A stretch of 63,977 bases of DNA, the filler included, from Ionaspis alba (Eukaryota): NCBI GenBank assembly GCA_964255285.1. It is 3 parts of 3 records of this genome, joined end to end, with 100 filler letters (N's around TTAATTAATTAA, not from the genome) between each part and the next. Parts side by side here need not be neighbours in the genome. Positions count along the whole stretch, not along the records: positions 23,556 to 46,947 come from CAXUUL010000185.1; 2 more parts are not named here. One strand, given 5' to 3'. Below are positions 26,983 to 39,604 of the stretch, one piece after another. The number at the start of each line of letters is the position of its first letter. Positions within the stretch are counted from its first letter, which is position 1. The notes under the pieces were generated by a model, which was given only the letters and a program-made list of their open reading frames with translations, was not told where the DNA came from and did not search any database. Both the position numbers and the translations under genes were made by a program.

Positions 26983-27940
26983 TGTCGACGATACGTATTT
27001 CCACCTTGGGTCAAGCGTCTACGAAATCTTGGCACTCATATGCCGAAACGTCGGACAATCCTTCCTCACAAATCTTGATGTGGCAGCAAGGGGATGCTAT
27101 CGAATGCCTTCTATATTGCTCAGAGCTAGATTGAGAACTTGAGTTCTCACAAATTATTATCCAGAAAATTTCTTTGTCACAAAACCGTGTTTTTCTGGGA
27201 GGTAAGCATTCTGCATCAGGGGACCTCCTCCGGACAGAAAAAAAAAAGGGTGGGAAACGATTCGTCGAGTAAACAGTCGTGTTTTTACACCTATGTTCTA
27301 CTTCTATTGGGGAAGGTGCCCCCGAAATCCCGTGCCAACCCCCTCTTCTCCCCCCAAAACATTTTTAGACGTACTTTTATATTTATTGGGGGTGCCCCCC
27401 CATTTCCATGCTTTGGCGGCACCACTTTGCTGATTGAGTGGGGAGGCTTGGAATTAGGGAACTCTTAATCACAACTGGTTGCTTTAAGGGTAGATGACCA
27501 GTCCAATCAAGAGTCAAATCTGCTTGATACCACACTTCTAGTCGTTTGGCAGCGATCGGTTGAGATTGTGACCCAATCTTTCCGTGAAAAAAAGAACTAC
27601 TCGATGCTTATTCCCTAGTCCCCATGAGCGAGCAAGTCACTTCCCTCATCTAGCAAATTGTTCCGACTTTCAATAAGAAGCCAGGTTTTCGGAAGACATG
27701 TCCGCCAAGCGACAGATTAGCTGCATCCAAACTTAAAAGTCATTGTCGACAAAGCCAGGATCTGACTCCGCGGAGGCAAATATAGCGTCTCCAGCACGAT
27801 CATAGTATGTCTTTTGCGAACGTTGTCAAGGGCAAATGAGAGCTTCACTCTCTCGGTGTCTTGACCCCATTTTGGGCTGGACGACCGACCTGCAGGACAG
27901 CGACACCCCGCAGACGATACCTGATGACCATCGCAGATTG

Positions 27941-28954
27941 CTATACTGAAGCCCGGGCCCTGGTAGACAGGAAGTCTTTCACCTTCCAACGATAGTTGTA
28001 AGCCTCGACGCGCCCGTGAGCGGCGTTGTAGAGCTCGTAGACATCCACCGCAAAATCCGTCACGACGGCATTTGCCAAGAAGACGAAGCCAATGTACGTC
28101 GTCGCCAACACGAATCCGGAATATCTGTTGCCGACCAGGGTAGCCATGATAGAGCAGCAAGCGCATGCACTAGCGATGAGAAGCATAATACATAGTTGAG
28201 TCTTAGTGAAATGATTGGTTTCTCCCAAGAGAACCTGGTGGATTACGCATGCCCACATTGTCTGAGCGAAGGTTGTGATCCGGAAGCGCTCCGCACCCGT
28301 TTGAGTCTCAATTGCTCTCGATTGAAGACTATTGAAGATCCATCTTCGTCGTTGTAGTAATATGATTAGTGAGAGAAGTGCCGAGATGGACCCACCGATG
28401 GCTATCCATGCGTTGCGATGGTCGAAGCCTAGATTTCCCACGTCCGTTGCGGCTCGATATCGAATCCCAAAGCGCTGTATGTAGGCGAAGATAGTGGCAG
28501 TAACGGGAATGGCGTTGAGAACAACGAAAACAAGGTGATATATCCATGTAGAGTCTCGAGGCAAGACCTCTTCCTTCAGGTCAGAGCATTCAACTCCAAT
28601 AACCGGCCGATTGAGAGCATAGGGATCTTCAGTTGTCGACACATACATGCCGAGCATTCCAGAGACGTAATATGAGATGGGAGCATCTTTTCGCGCGGTA
28701 CGTGTGTAGTTCAGAAGTACGACGGCAATATCGCAAGAAAGTTTTACTAGAACAAATTCGGGAAAGAGAGCGAATACAATGATTTGCAACATGTCGAGTC
28801 TGCCGCTTCTGTTCCAGGACTGAAGAGCCCCAAGGTGCGCATATGCACAGATAGCAAATATATGAATGGTAAGACCTCGAAATAATATGTCAATGATAGT
28901 CCTTGGATCAGTCACGTAGAGCCCTCCTGATGGAGGCGTATATTGAACGCCCAT
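27941..28954 (-). CDS. Uncharacterised multi-pass membrane protein
   Basis: Long open frame with seven or more hydrophobic segments; ATG at 28954 (AAAGTCATG context) preferred over the GTG at 29005; no family recognised. Confidence 0.7.
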   Translation of the reverse strand: MGVQYTPPSGGLYVTDPRTIIDILFRGLTIHIFAICAYAHLGALQSWNRSGRLDMLQIIVFALFPEFVLVKLSCDIAVVLLNYTRTARKDAPISYYVSGMLGMYVSTTEDPYALNRPVIGVECSDLKEEVLPRDSTWIYHLVFVVLNAIPVTATIFAYIQRFGIRYRAATDVGNLGFDHRNAWIAIGGSISALLSLIILLQRRRWIFNSLQSRAIETQTGAERFRITTFAQTMWACVIHQVLLGETNHFTKTQLCIMLLIASACACCSIMATLVGNRYSGFVLATTYIGFVFLANAVVTDFAVDVYELYNAAHGRVEAYNYRWKVKDFLSTRARASV

Positions 28955-29383
28955 GACTTTGAAATGAGGCTGTTCCAAGGGCTCCGGAGGAAGAAGATAG
29001 CGCACGCCTAGCCAACGACCAAGTTCCGATGGCGTGCTACTGTCAGCTCACAAATGGTGTGGATGTTGACGTGACTATGGGAAGTTGAATCAATCTGGCC
29101 GAGATGTGGCGCAGCTTGCGGCTATTGCCAAGATCTCATTTCACTATTGTGCTAGCATAGCCCTAGCAATTTGACTAAGATAATACAGGACGGCTTGCAG
29201 AATAACTACCAGGAGTTGCCAACCAAGGATATGCATTTTATGCGCATCGAACATAACGGGCTATCGCGGAAGCTGTAAAGGTTGCGCGAGGACAGCAACG
29301 GCAGAACGGCACACGTTCAGTCATCCAATTCCATCTCTATTACGATTATTTAATGGAGATTTCAAGAAGCAGTCCTGCTAAGA

Positions 29384-31687
29384 TTACATAACCCAGCCCT
29401 CCTCTTCCCTTTCCGGCGGCTTGACCTTCTCTCTTCCAAAAAGACGCCATGTTCTTCTCGTGCTGGAGCCCGCCTTCTCATCGGATCCTAATTTGGCATC
29501 ATCGGAATTTCGTCTGGGCCACGGCAGGCCAAGCAGCACCCAAGGGTGCGTTAACGCGTATAATGGCACATACCATTCCGAAGGTTCCAGTCTTTCGTGT
29601 CTGGGTCTAAAGACCTCGAATTGCTCCCCAAGTCTCTTCCAAGAAGGAGCACTGTCCGCTTTCATAGCCCGAATAAGGTGGCGTTTTCGCGAGTCATAAA
29701 TATCGCTTATTGATGTGACGATAGTGTTCAGATTGAAGACGATGAGATAGGTGGATAGGCCAACGGCTATGATTGTGTACAAGAAGCCGTAGATGGGGAA
29801 CATGTTGTTCATGGACCAGAGTGACTTGGGAAAGCTGTCAACGAGCCGATTCATAAGCTCAAGGAGTGCTAAGCAGATACTTACTGTACAGAACGACAAG
29901 GGAAGGAAGAATATGCTGACAAAGGTGAGCAATTTGACATTCTTGCCCAGTCGAGTCGAAGCCCGACTTTCGATGACAGCACTCGCGGTGAACAGCTAAG
30001 GGATACAATATCAGCTGAAGCACGACGCTAGAGCAGAACCATCATAGATCCTACTCACAGCGTCCCTCAGAGCTTTCGTAGATGCAAGCTTCTGACTAAA
30101 GTATTGGCGCTGGTTCTGCAGTATGCGGTAATGCTTCTCGGCGAGTTTGTACTGAAATCTATCGTTCGATGAGAAGTCGACATGCCCAAGGTAATGGTCG
30201 AGGCGAGCTTTCTTCCACAACTCCCACTGCAGCATGTTACCCGTGATGCTGGTCTCGAATTCTGTCAAACAATCAATAGCCCAGAAGTATCTTCGAGATC
30301 TGGAGAAAGCCCCGTCGTCGAATAGCAGATTATCATGTTCAGTTGGTCGCATAAGTGATTCACCATTATCAAGAATGTAGTCAAAGAAGGTTTGAAAGTC
30401 AGCCCATCTTGCGCTTATTCTCTGTAGACCTTGGGAGATCAGGTTCATTTCAGCCCCCAGTTTTGTCAGTCGTCCAATTCTGTGAATCGAGATTAACTCT
30501 GTCTGAGGGGTGTCTGTCATTGGAAAGGACCGATTGGTCTCGTCGAAGAAATGACTAGGGCAGAGAAGCACAATAGTCCAGTGGCCCGGAGTCAGTACTG
30601 TTATCTCGGGGTCGTCACCTCTAACTGTGGGATCCATTGCATACAGCTTAAGAGTTGTCAGTCTTCGACACGTGTATGTATCACGAGTTGCCTACCGTAT
30701 ATGTGCATTTGCGGAAATGGCGTTTCAGAGGATCGTCATAAAGAGGCCCATGCGGCCATCGCTCGGTGAGAGGCTCCTTGTTGGCGTCCGTGGTTTTGAT
30801 GATCTCATAAAACGTGGTGGAGAATCCCAGGCCCGGCTTTGAATACGGGTTGGTCGTGACATTCCTGCTCATGTTCAGGCAGTGTGTCTGGATATGGCTC
30901 CACAATTCTGCCCTCACTCCAAGTCTTCCGAAATAAGGAATCGGCTGTCCAAACCCTCCTTTGCTAGCACGTCTCGAGCGATCGAGAATCTCGCCTGTAG
31001 TCATCCCTTGATAGACACTTTCGCTGGATGAGATACTGTCATAGAAGGGCAGTCTATCACTTACATCAATCTTGACCATGGTGCGCTGTCGCAGTATTCG
31101 CTCTCAACAGTCAACTCGTGCCCAAGGGCAGTCTCCCCCATTCTATAGATTCGATGGTTGTTCTGCGAGTCGAAGTCGATAACCAAGAAATCATTCCCTG
31201 GTGTCCTCCGGTGCATCGAATCATAGACCAGAGCTTCTTTGATCTTGTTCGTTGAATAATGCGTTGGAAGGCGTCCGTCGATCGAGAGAAGGCCATACTC
31301 GTGGAGAGCATTATTGACGTGTTTTGAGAACGAAAGTGGCAATCGAGTATCATAGGGTACCCGCCACCAATCTCCAAGGTGAACTTGAAGTTTTTTACAT
31401 ATCTCATCGTTGAAGTACCCCTCGTGATTCGTCTCTTTCCAGGTTGTGTACGCAATTCTGCTTTGGTGGCGAGAATCGGGTGGCAGAACAGGATCTATGC
31501 GTGTCTCATCGGCGGTCTCAACGTGTTCGATTACGCTCTCGCTTTTAGTGCCCTTGTTCTTGACCAAGGACCCCAATTCTTTGAACTGAGCGTCATGTGC
31601 GTCGAGCTTCTGTTCGATGCTCGTCAGAACTTGCAAGATCTTGGCGAGAAGGTCGCTTGAGGTTTCCATCCACGCAATACCGGACAT
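29384..31687 (-). CDS. Fungal CorA-like domain protein with two C-terminal TM helices; four introns
   Basis: HDNLLFDDGAFSRSRRYFWAID, LRDA/LFTASAVIESRASTRLGKNVKLLTFVSIFFLPLSFCT/SLWSMN; GT-AG introns join the ORF pieces. Confidence 0.8.
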
Positions 31688-33583
31688 TAACCATTGATTA
31701 TGATCACCTAACTAAAGGAAAGGGAAAGACCATCATATAACGAGAGAATTGCTACAAAGCCATGCTGAAGCTGCGCTTCGTTGTCATCTGTTAAATACGG
31801 ACTTATCAGTAAGGGTTGGTTCTTCCCCACTCCTGTACCGTGGCTGTGCAGAGGGAACTTATTGTAACACCTCCCAAATAAATACATATTGGGCGGCCTC
31901 CACCTACTTAAAATTATTACCTTCCACATGATTTTAAGCACAAATTCTTTTGGTTTATCAATTTCTTTGCAAACCGCGTGAATGGTAGGCGGTTGACAAA
32001 ATAAACGATGCACCGAGCAAGATATTTGACAGGCTCACCCGCTAAATCCTTTAAAATACAGTGATCTTAGGTGGCGCGCATTAGGGAGTGAACCAGTCGT
32101 AAATATTCCCCCGGCTGTGCAATAATGGGAACATCACTTTCTGGTGTATCATTTATTTTCTCACCCACGTGGGTCGGAACCCACCATCAAAACCCTCAAA
32201 CAAATATGTATTAGGTGGCGTTCATGTGCTGAAAACGGTTTCTTTCTACGTAACTTTCAGCACAATTTTTCGGTCTGCCAACTCTTTTGCAAAGCCGGGT
32301 GCGACCCCACACGGGGCAAGTCCTCATTCACCCTAACTGCTCGGTAATTATGTCAGGCAAATGCGGCCACCCGAGACGATATAAGCGCACGGCACACACA
32401 GGCCCATCAAGGGCCCCACATGAGAATCTCATCCTTTTTCCGCAAGACACCTCCTTCTAGCCTTTGATTCATCTGTGTCTCAGCTCATTCCCTCAGAATC
32501 GTCGTCTCCCCATTTGCGGGAACAAGAACGAGTGGTTTCCCTTCGCTCTCGCTAGAGTGTTGATCTCCGATTCGGTTTCTCAGGTCCCAGCTCTTCGTCC
32601 ATAGGCGCCGCAATGAACGGCGCCTCCAATATCTACACGTCTTTGCTGATGACATTGCATATGGGAAGAGACTGGTCTACGCGTTCGCCGGTGTGAAATG
32701 CGGTGACGACTACATATCTTTCGACGCCGATCCCTCCGAGTGGGTGTGATAATATACATAGCGATTATCAGATTCCACCACATCCAGTCTGCCAGTGAAT
32801 TATCTTTCTTGTCCGCCTATACTTGTTGCGAATTGCTTCACGCGGCCGCCGGGATCGCCAGGAAGGCAGTCTTCGGCGCATATAGTCGGTTCTGTGGTGG
32901 GCGCTGACTTGTACTCATCAACATGGGGGATCTTCCGCAGGATGACCTGCAAAGGCGTAGACCATGTACTGATCTACCCTTCGAGGCACAGCCTATCAGA
33001 CTCTCGTGCTCGTCCGCCGTTGTTTTCTGGATAAGGCTCTGTGCATGGCTGTCATCCTGGCCCTTGCTGAGTTTTGCTCACCTTTTCCGGAGTTTCTCAG
33101 CTCGCTGTACCTCAAAAGTTGTTTTTCATTCTTTCTCTCTACCAATCTCACCAGTGATTCAACATGAACACCAGCAGACTCCTTCCCACGTGCTATAGCG
33201 GGCTCTCTTTCCATCTTCCTCGGCATCCACGACTTCACTGTTGATGTTATCTCATGGTAGAGCCGATACTGTTTGCTATTGGCAGCCACAATGTGCACTG
33301 CACCTTGATTTGTACAGCGGCAGTTGATTCGCTCGTATATTTGCGCTAGAAGTTGACCCGCAGGAAGCCGCCGCCGTTATCCAAGAGTGGAGTATTATAT
33401 AGGATCTTCCTACGCCATTTTTTTTGTTGAGCCCAATGCGCTGGCGTCGCCGGGTCTTCCTAGTATACTTCTACTGGGCTTTGAGCACGCTTGTCCTCGG
33501 AGATCTACACGAATCTCACATTTGAACATTCATTACACCTTACATTCTACGGCTTGGTAAGCTCAGAAGAGGACCTCACAGTC

Positions 33584-35476
33584 ATGGTACCTGACGCGAT
33601 TGTTCTCGTCTGTTCCCTTGTGGCTATCACCGTCGTAATATTTGCGACTGCGGCCTCGATCTGCAGCTTTCTCTCTGTACGACGGCAGCGCAGATTGCAA
33701 GGGTCTCTGGCTGGGGTTGAAGACAGTCAACTCGTCCGAAAAATGACCATCCACCAGGGTAAGGTGGTGGATATTTCAGTACCGGGCAGAGGACGGCAAA
33801 GCTTCAACATAACTTGGCCAATATCGATGTCGTCTGCAAGAGGGAAAATATTAGGGCATCCCAGACAAACTCGACCGCATAATTCGCAGGGCTTGGCAAC
33901 CAGAGAGGATGGGACCGCTGTCTCGCCGAAGGATCTCGAAGACCAGCCGCTTCATACTTCAGAGTCGAACATGAAGATGCTAGATTCTATTGACGAGCGT
34001 TTTGGTACCACCAAACCAGCACCAGTTCAAATGGCAAAATCTGGAGATATCGGCCAAGACCTGTATTGGCAACAAACTCTGTCTCAGATCATCGGACGGG
34101 AAAGACCGAGATCGACCTCGAAAGGGAATAACGATCTCTTGAATATCGAGAAGGTCAGTGGTTCTCGAGCGGCATATTCGTCCCGGCAAATAGGAGGAGC
34201 ACAGAACAAGAACACCTCTATAAAGAAAACTGGTAACAACCTTCCATTGTCCGTTTGGAATCGACAAAACTACGACCGGACCTCACCGAACTCCTCTGTA
34301 GACTCTGCGCAATCATTGTCTGGGAATTTTTCTAAGATGAACGATGTTTTGCCTCCGCTTCCGCTTGAGGTACACAGCCCAGTAAGAGCAAAGTCTCAGA
34401 AAAGTAGGCCTCTCAAATTGCCTACACTACCGAAAGCGACTGTCGACCAAAACACTATGGGGGCAGTCTCCTTCAGCGCCAAACCAGCATCTGGTCTTGA
34501 TTCCTATCATTTTCCATCGGCCACCCCTCGAAATCCTGGATTGCCAAGGCCATTCAGCAGGAGAAGTGAACCTATTCCAGAACGTAACAAGAATCATGCA
34601 GCGCTCAGTACAGTCCCGAACAATCTGCAGTTCCTCTCACCCATACCAGCACGACCTTTTAATTACAGGACGTCGACATCTCCGGCCTTGAAGCCGCACA
34701 TACCCAAAGCAAAACCACAACCACCGGTCAAATCTCGGCCATCACCGACCACTGCGTCTTTCCCACGTCCAATTCCATTGCCGCACTTAGCACCTCCTCT
34801 TCCCTCCTTCGCCAGTGATTCCGACAGCTCTCTCGCCCGGACGCCTTCCAGAATAAGCCTTCATAAGACCCCGTCGATTGTTACCGTTCTTCAAAGGTCC
34901 AATGCCGAACACCTGCACGGTTCACCTACTCAGTCCTCGATACTCGACCCAAGAGCAACTACTTCTGGCAGCTTGTCACCCCTTTCTTGTTCTTCCGGCT
35001 TCCATTCCGACTACACCATCCGAATCGCTAAGCGTGTACCGCTCTTCTCACCTATTACCAAGGCGCCTTCTACACCAAAAACGACGTCGAAACCATCATT
35101 CAAACCGGCTCCAAGGCTAGCACGAAAATCCGAGTCCAAGCCACCACTACCAAAAACACCTGTCTCCAAATCGCCTCCGCCCCTGCCTTCCTTCGCATCG
35201 ATATCACCTTCACCGCCCAAACCGAAATCCAGACCGATAAGACATCTTTCGAAACGAACTGGCTTCCGCAGTAGCAGCCGCGGCCCAGCCGCTCGGGATT
35301 TGCAAAACGCGACACAGAAAGCACTTCCTTCGACTCCGCTTCTGCGATCTATGCCCGATTACGTCCTTTCTGCAGACCGCGGAGACGACGATAAGGAGAT
35401 GGAGATTGAGAAACTTTCCTTTCATTACTCTCCATTTGTCGTGGACCTCCCTAGCTTTCCATCATCGGCGGTGTAG
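33584..35476 (+). CDS. Orphan single-pass membrane protein with long Pro/Ser/Lys-rich disordered tail
   Basis: 630-codon ORF from ATG 33584; N-terminal TM (AIVLVCSLVAITVVIFATAASICSFL) followed by RRQRR; many PxxP motifs. Confidence 0.72.
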   Translation: MVPDAIVLVCSLVAITVVIFATAASICSFLSVRRQRRLQGSLAGVEDSQLVRKMTIHQGKVVDISVPGRGRQSFNITWPISMSSARGKILGHPRQTRPHNSQGLATREDGTAVSPKDLEDQPLHTSESNMKMLDSIDERFGTTKPAPVQMAKSGDIGQDLYWQQTLSQIIGRERPRSTSKGNNDLLNIEKVSGSRAAYSSRQIGGAQNKNTSIKKTGNNLPLSVWNRQNYDRTSPNSSVDSAQSLSGNFSKMNDVLPPLPLEVHSPVRAKSQKSRPLKLPTLPKATVDQNTMGAVSFSAKPASGLDSYHFPSATPRNPGLPRPFSRRSEPIPERNKNHAALSTVPNNLQFLSPIPARPFNYRTSTSPALKPHIPKAKPQPPVKSRPSPTTASFPRPIPLPHLAPPLPSFASDSDSSLARTPSRISLHKTPSIVTVLQRSNAEHLHGSPTQSSILDPRATTSGSLSPLSCSSGFHSDYTIRIAKRVPLFSPITKAPSTPKTTSKPSFKPAPRLARKSESKPPLPKTPVSKSPPPLPSFASISPSPPKPKSRPIRHLSKRTGFRSSSRGPAARDLQNATQKALPSTPLLRSMPDYVLSADRGDDDKEMEIEKLSFHYSPFVVDLPSFPSSAV

Positions 35477-36048
35477 ATTGCCCAGTGCATTCCAACGAGC
35501 TGCTCGGCAGCACAGGAAGGGCTTTGACGTCCATGGAGCGGATACACAGAGCTGTTCAAATTGTCAGACTTTGTAGGCGGGCTATATGCAGCTTTGGAGA
35601 AAAACTCTCGCCTCATGTCGTGCAGCTCCAGCTTGACAGTGGAGCTTTGAGCTACGAATGCAGACAAATTTGGACGGAAAGGGAAGCTTTCTTGAGATGG
35701 AGAAGACGATCACGGAAGACGAACTGGAATTCGGTACCTCGCCAGCATGACAACAGATTTGTAACCGAGCTAGGCTCTACTTTGGACAACTTTGAAAAAA
35801 ATTGAGATTCTGTTCCAGCGAGATCCGCATATCGAGATTTCTGGTATCTAGAGCTACTCCTTCGCACTCGTCGTAGCAAAAGAACGTGGATAAGGATGTC
35901 ATAACTTCCGTCAATCTGCCTCACTCCCGTAGCTGTAGTCTCATGCTTGTCCGATAACGAGCGAGAGTCCCCTTGTATCCAGTACAAAGATTTTCCTTCC
36001 CGGACAGAATCATAACGCCGCTTGCCTCTACTGCTAACACAGTAAGCC

Positions 36049-37801
36049 TCAAGCCAAGGCCCCCATGGGATCCCAGAGAGGTAGCCTAGAGCAGCATCGT
36101 TAGCACGCGTTCCTCGCATGGAATGGGGTAGGATAGAATCAAAGAATTAGAGGAAACTCACACAATAGGTTCCTTATCAAGGATCTTTCTCACATCCTCC
36201 GACACAAAGCTAGGATCCACGACGGCCTGATAAACATACTCATCCATCCATGAATCACTCATCACAAACCACCCTTCAGTGCCAACTTTCTCACCCCACG
36301 AGTTCTGTACTCGCCATCGAACGCTCTTCCCGTCACTCAGATGCACAGCCGTCAGCACCATCGCATGATTCATGGCGCTTTCCGTCGTCATGAGCTTCTG
36401 CGCCTTGTCCATGCCCAGTTTGATGTTGAAGCCCAGTTCGTAATCCACAAGATTGGTGTCCAGAATGCCGGAAGTTTGGTCCGAGCATTTACTCACGTCT
36501 GAGCCAAAGAATATTGGGATGCCCGCTTCGAGCATCTTGATGCAAGCCACTTTCATGGTCTCCATGTCGACATTGACGTAAGTGACGCCACGGCCTCCAA
36601 TTACGTTACCAAGGCGAGAGACAGTAAGGAGGGAGCCGTAGGGATTGCGAGGGTCATTGACGAGACTGAAGAGGCGGTTCACGTCTGTGCCTGCGTTTGC
36701 AGCGATGGCGGAGGGAGTTGAGAGAGTGGAGGCAAAGGCGAGGGGTGTACTGGTATGCGAATGGAAGATGTCGTCTTTGTCGTGGTATTCCCAGGTGAAG
36801 GGCACACTGGGAGAAGGGGGCTGGCCGAGGAGGACGGTCAGGATGAGATGAATCTCGCGCATCATGGATTCTTTGACGGAGGCAATGGAGGAGGAGGAGG
36901 AGGTGCTGGCGACGGAGCGCAGCTTGAGGGCTCCTTCGCGGAGTTTGGACGTAATGACGTGGTTCATGGTAGTGCTATTCCGGGCGTTGTAAGTGTCGGG
37001 ATAGAGCGCTTGGGGAACGAGACCGTATTTGTGGACTAAATTCTATAGATTGACATGTCAGCATATGGCTGTCTCGGGAATAGCAGAGAAAACAGTTCCA
37101 GAGACTTACCGCAACCATATCCCATTGCCCTCCATCTCCGACTGGTGCGTCCATCAAAGCTTGCACCAGTCGCCCGTCTAAATCCTCATGCACCGTATCG
37201 ATGATCTGCTCAAAGAACCAATTGGCCTTCTCCAGCTTGTCCCAGTAAAACAGATAGGACTGGCTGAGCTCGAACTTCTTCAGATTGTACTTCCGCATGA
37301 TAGCAACACGGAAGACGTTGGTGGCTGCAAATAGCCAGCATCGTCCCGAATGCTGCTGGTACGTGATAGGAGCGCCTTCGAAGGGGATCTTGATACTGTA
37401 ATTCTGGGTGTTACTCAAAGTAGATTCGCGGCTGGTAAGTATTGAATTTGGCTCGTGAGTGGTGAGTGCAGCCAGTGCGAGACGATTCTAATGAAAATTA
37501 GCTTGAAACCATATCCAATTTCCAGTCACCCAAGAGTGTCTTGCCTTTGGATCTTGCATGAGCTGCTTCTCCCATTCCGAAGTCTTTATGACTGAGATTT
37601 GGGACGAGTCCGATGCTGGGACTAGAATCAATACATGAATCGTCAAAAGTGGAACCTCATGGCAGGCGAATATGGCTTACTCTGTCCATCATCTACATGG
37701 ACGAAGCTGTTCTCGGACCCACTCTTGGGTTCGTTGTCCTCGATGTCCATGGCTTGCATGCGTTCGACGGGAGCGGGAGACTCGGATTGGGCAGTACTCA
37801 T
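36049..37801 (-). CDS. LAP3: Bleomycin hydrolase / cysteine aminopeptidase (peptidase C1B); four introns, one GC-AG (37488-37544)
   Basis: QQHSGRCWLFAATN, ELSQSYLFYWDKLEKAN, DGGQWDM, MNHAMVLTAVH, WRVQNSWG, C-terminal LPLWDPMGALA*. Confidence 0.96.
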
Positions 37802-38716
37802 TTCGAAGGGATCTTGAGTCTTCTATTACGGTGGTCACGAAGTCTGGAGAGGGTTATTTATGTTACGAGCTTTGCACTCCAGGGGAGAAAACAATCAAGT
37901 CGCCAGCCGTTGATCTGGGCGGTCGGGCAAAATAGCTTAAGCCAGAACCGCAGAGACGGTATCGTGAGTCCGACGAAGTCGAGCGAAATGTCGTGAACTC
38001 AGATCTTTTTCGGGCATCCTTCACATCGAGCTGCCGGATGCAGTTGGAGTCGATGTTGATAGTCGCAGAGGATATCTCGGCACACTTGTCGCTTATCGCG
38101 GGGTCGGTAAAGGAATGTACGTCAGTCCTTGAAAGGCTTAGTGGGGCCAATGTTAACGATCTCCGTCACCACGGGCAATAGGTACTTAAGTCCCTATCAG
38201 AAGAAAGCATGCGTTGTCCCCTTCCTGCAGCAATGTCGTGATCAACATGGCGTAAAGATTCAACGAACACAATTGATTGAACCGTGGTAGCTACGGAAGC
38301 GGGGAAATGCACATGTTACGAACAGCAGTGTGGCAAGGTGGCCAATACTGTCGGGGTTTGAAGATACATGATCCTCAGCCTTCATCTACCGGCGTGGAGA
38401 CTGCAATTATCCTGCATGTCACGGTCACACGCCTGACAAACCGGCTGCCAGGTGCAAAGACACGTGCAGATGGCGAGGCAGAGGGCCAGGGAAAAGGTTG
38501 GGCTAAAGGATCTACTTTTCAAGGCTTCCAAAGGGCTTTGCCTATTCGTTAACATCGTCTCTTCTCCACAAATTTTTTTTCTATTCCAAAACGATGTGCG
38601 AGCAGGAGAAGATCATCGCTTATCCTGCCTGTAGCAGCTCTTCACTGATGGAGCGTATCTGAAAGGTCTTGTGATTGATTCTGAATATTGATCACGGCTA
38701 TGCTAATTATGAATCC

Positions 38717-39330
38717 TTGGCTTCATCTGAAAGCCTTACCGCCGCTGCCGTGAATGGCACGACTGATAACACATTGGCTTTAGCAAATATAAACTTCGAT
38801 CTTTTGTTGTGCAGAACTGAAGCTCCGGTAAAAATCAGAAGCATTGGAAAGCATAACATCAAAACACTGAAACGACTACGCAAAATATCACAATACAGCA
38901 CTCAAGCTTGGTGCACTATCTGAATTGCTGCTTCCCCTCATCCCGGAAACTACCAAGAACTACAGGCTCCGTACGTGCCACATACCTAGCTCTAGAATCG
39001 CAAGTCCTCAAGGTGTGAGGTCACGCGGCGTCTTCCCGAGCCGGGTCGGGGCGAATGCTACCAATACTGAGATGGGTGCAAACTCTGGCTGGGCGGCTTT
39101 TGCAGCACACACACTAGCTTGCATGAAGGCACGTGTATGAGAAGGTCCGGAAGCAATTTCAATGGGACTGGAGATACATCTGAAAGGAGAGGTAGAGATC
39201 GTGCCTGGTTTTGACCAGAGCAACGTCGAGGATGCCGCGAGAGATATTTCCGCCATGCCAACTGGCAAAATGGAATGCTGGAACCTATACTTGGCTTAAT
39301 GTTCCAGGCGATGTAATAGTACAAACAACA
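38717..39330 (+). pseudogene. Decayed 5' fragment of a large fungal hypothetical-protein family
   Basis: Collinear motifs NTLALANINFD..EAP, LGAL..LLP, GVF..VGA, AAHTLACMKARV*EGPEAIS, QLAKWNAG..WL spread over different frames; TGA at 39138-39140 where W is expected; start appears as TTG; family recognised from memory only. Confidence 0.65.
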
Positions 39331-39604
39331 AATATTAGCAAGACATGGTCAGTGATCAGTGCTCAGGACATCCCAAGAAGAGGCACTAGAAATGCGGTAG
39401 CCCTCGGAAAACTCAATGGCAAGACACAGGGTATAAACAAGACTCTAAACCACCCCCTCCAATGCCACCAACTCATGCTATCCATATCCAAAATTGCACA
39501 TGTCAACCAATCATAACCGCATGGTTGACATGTCCAATACTCTATCACCACTTGCACCACCCAGGTTCCTTACCCTCTACCTCCACAACGCCGCCCAGGA
39601 CGCC

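Noticed and set aside
32328..32338. CACCCTAAC as a telomerase RNA template or telomeric seed
   Set aside because: A single short match with no tandem TTAGGG array and no recognisable pseudoknot context
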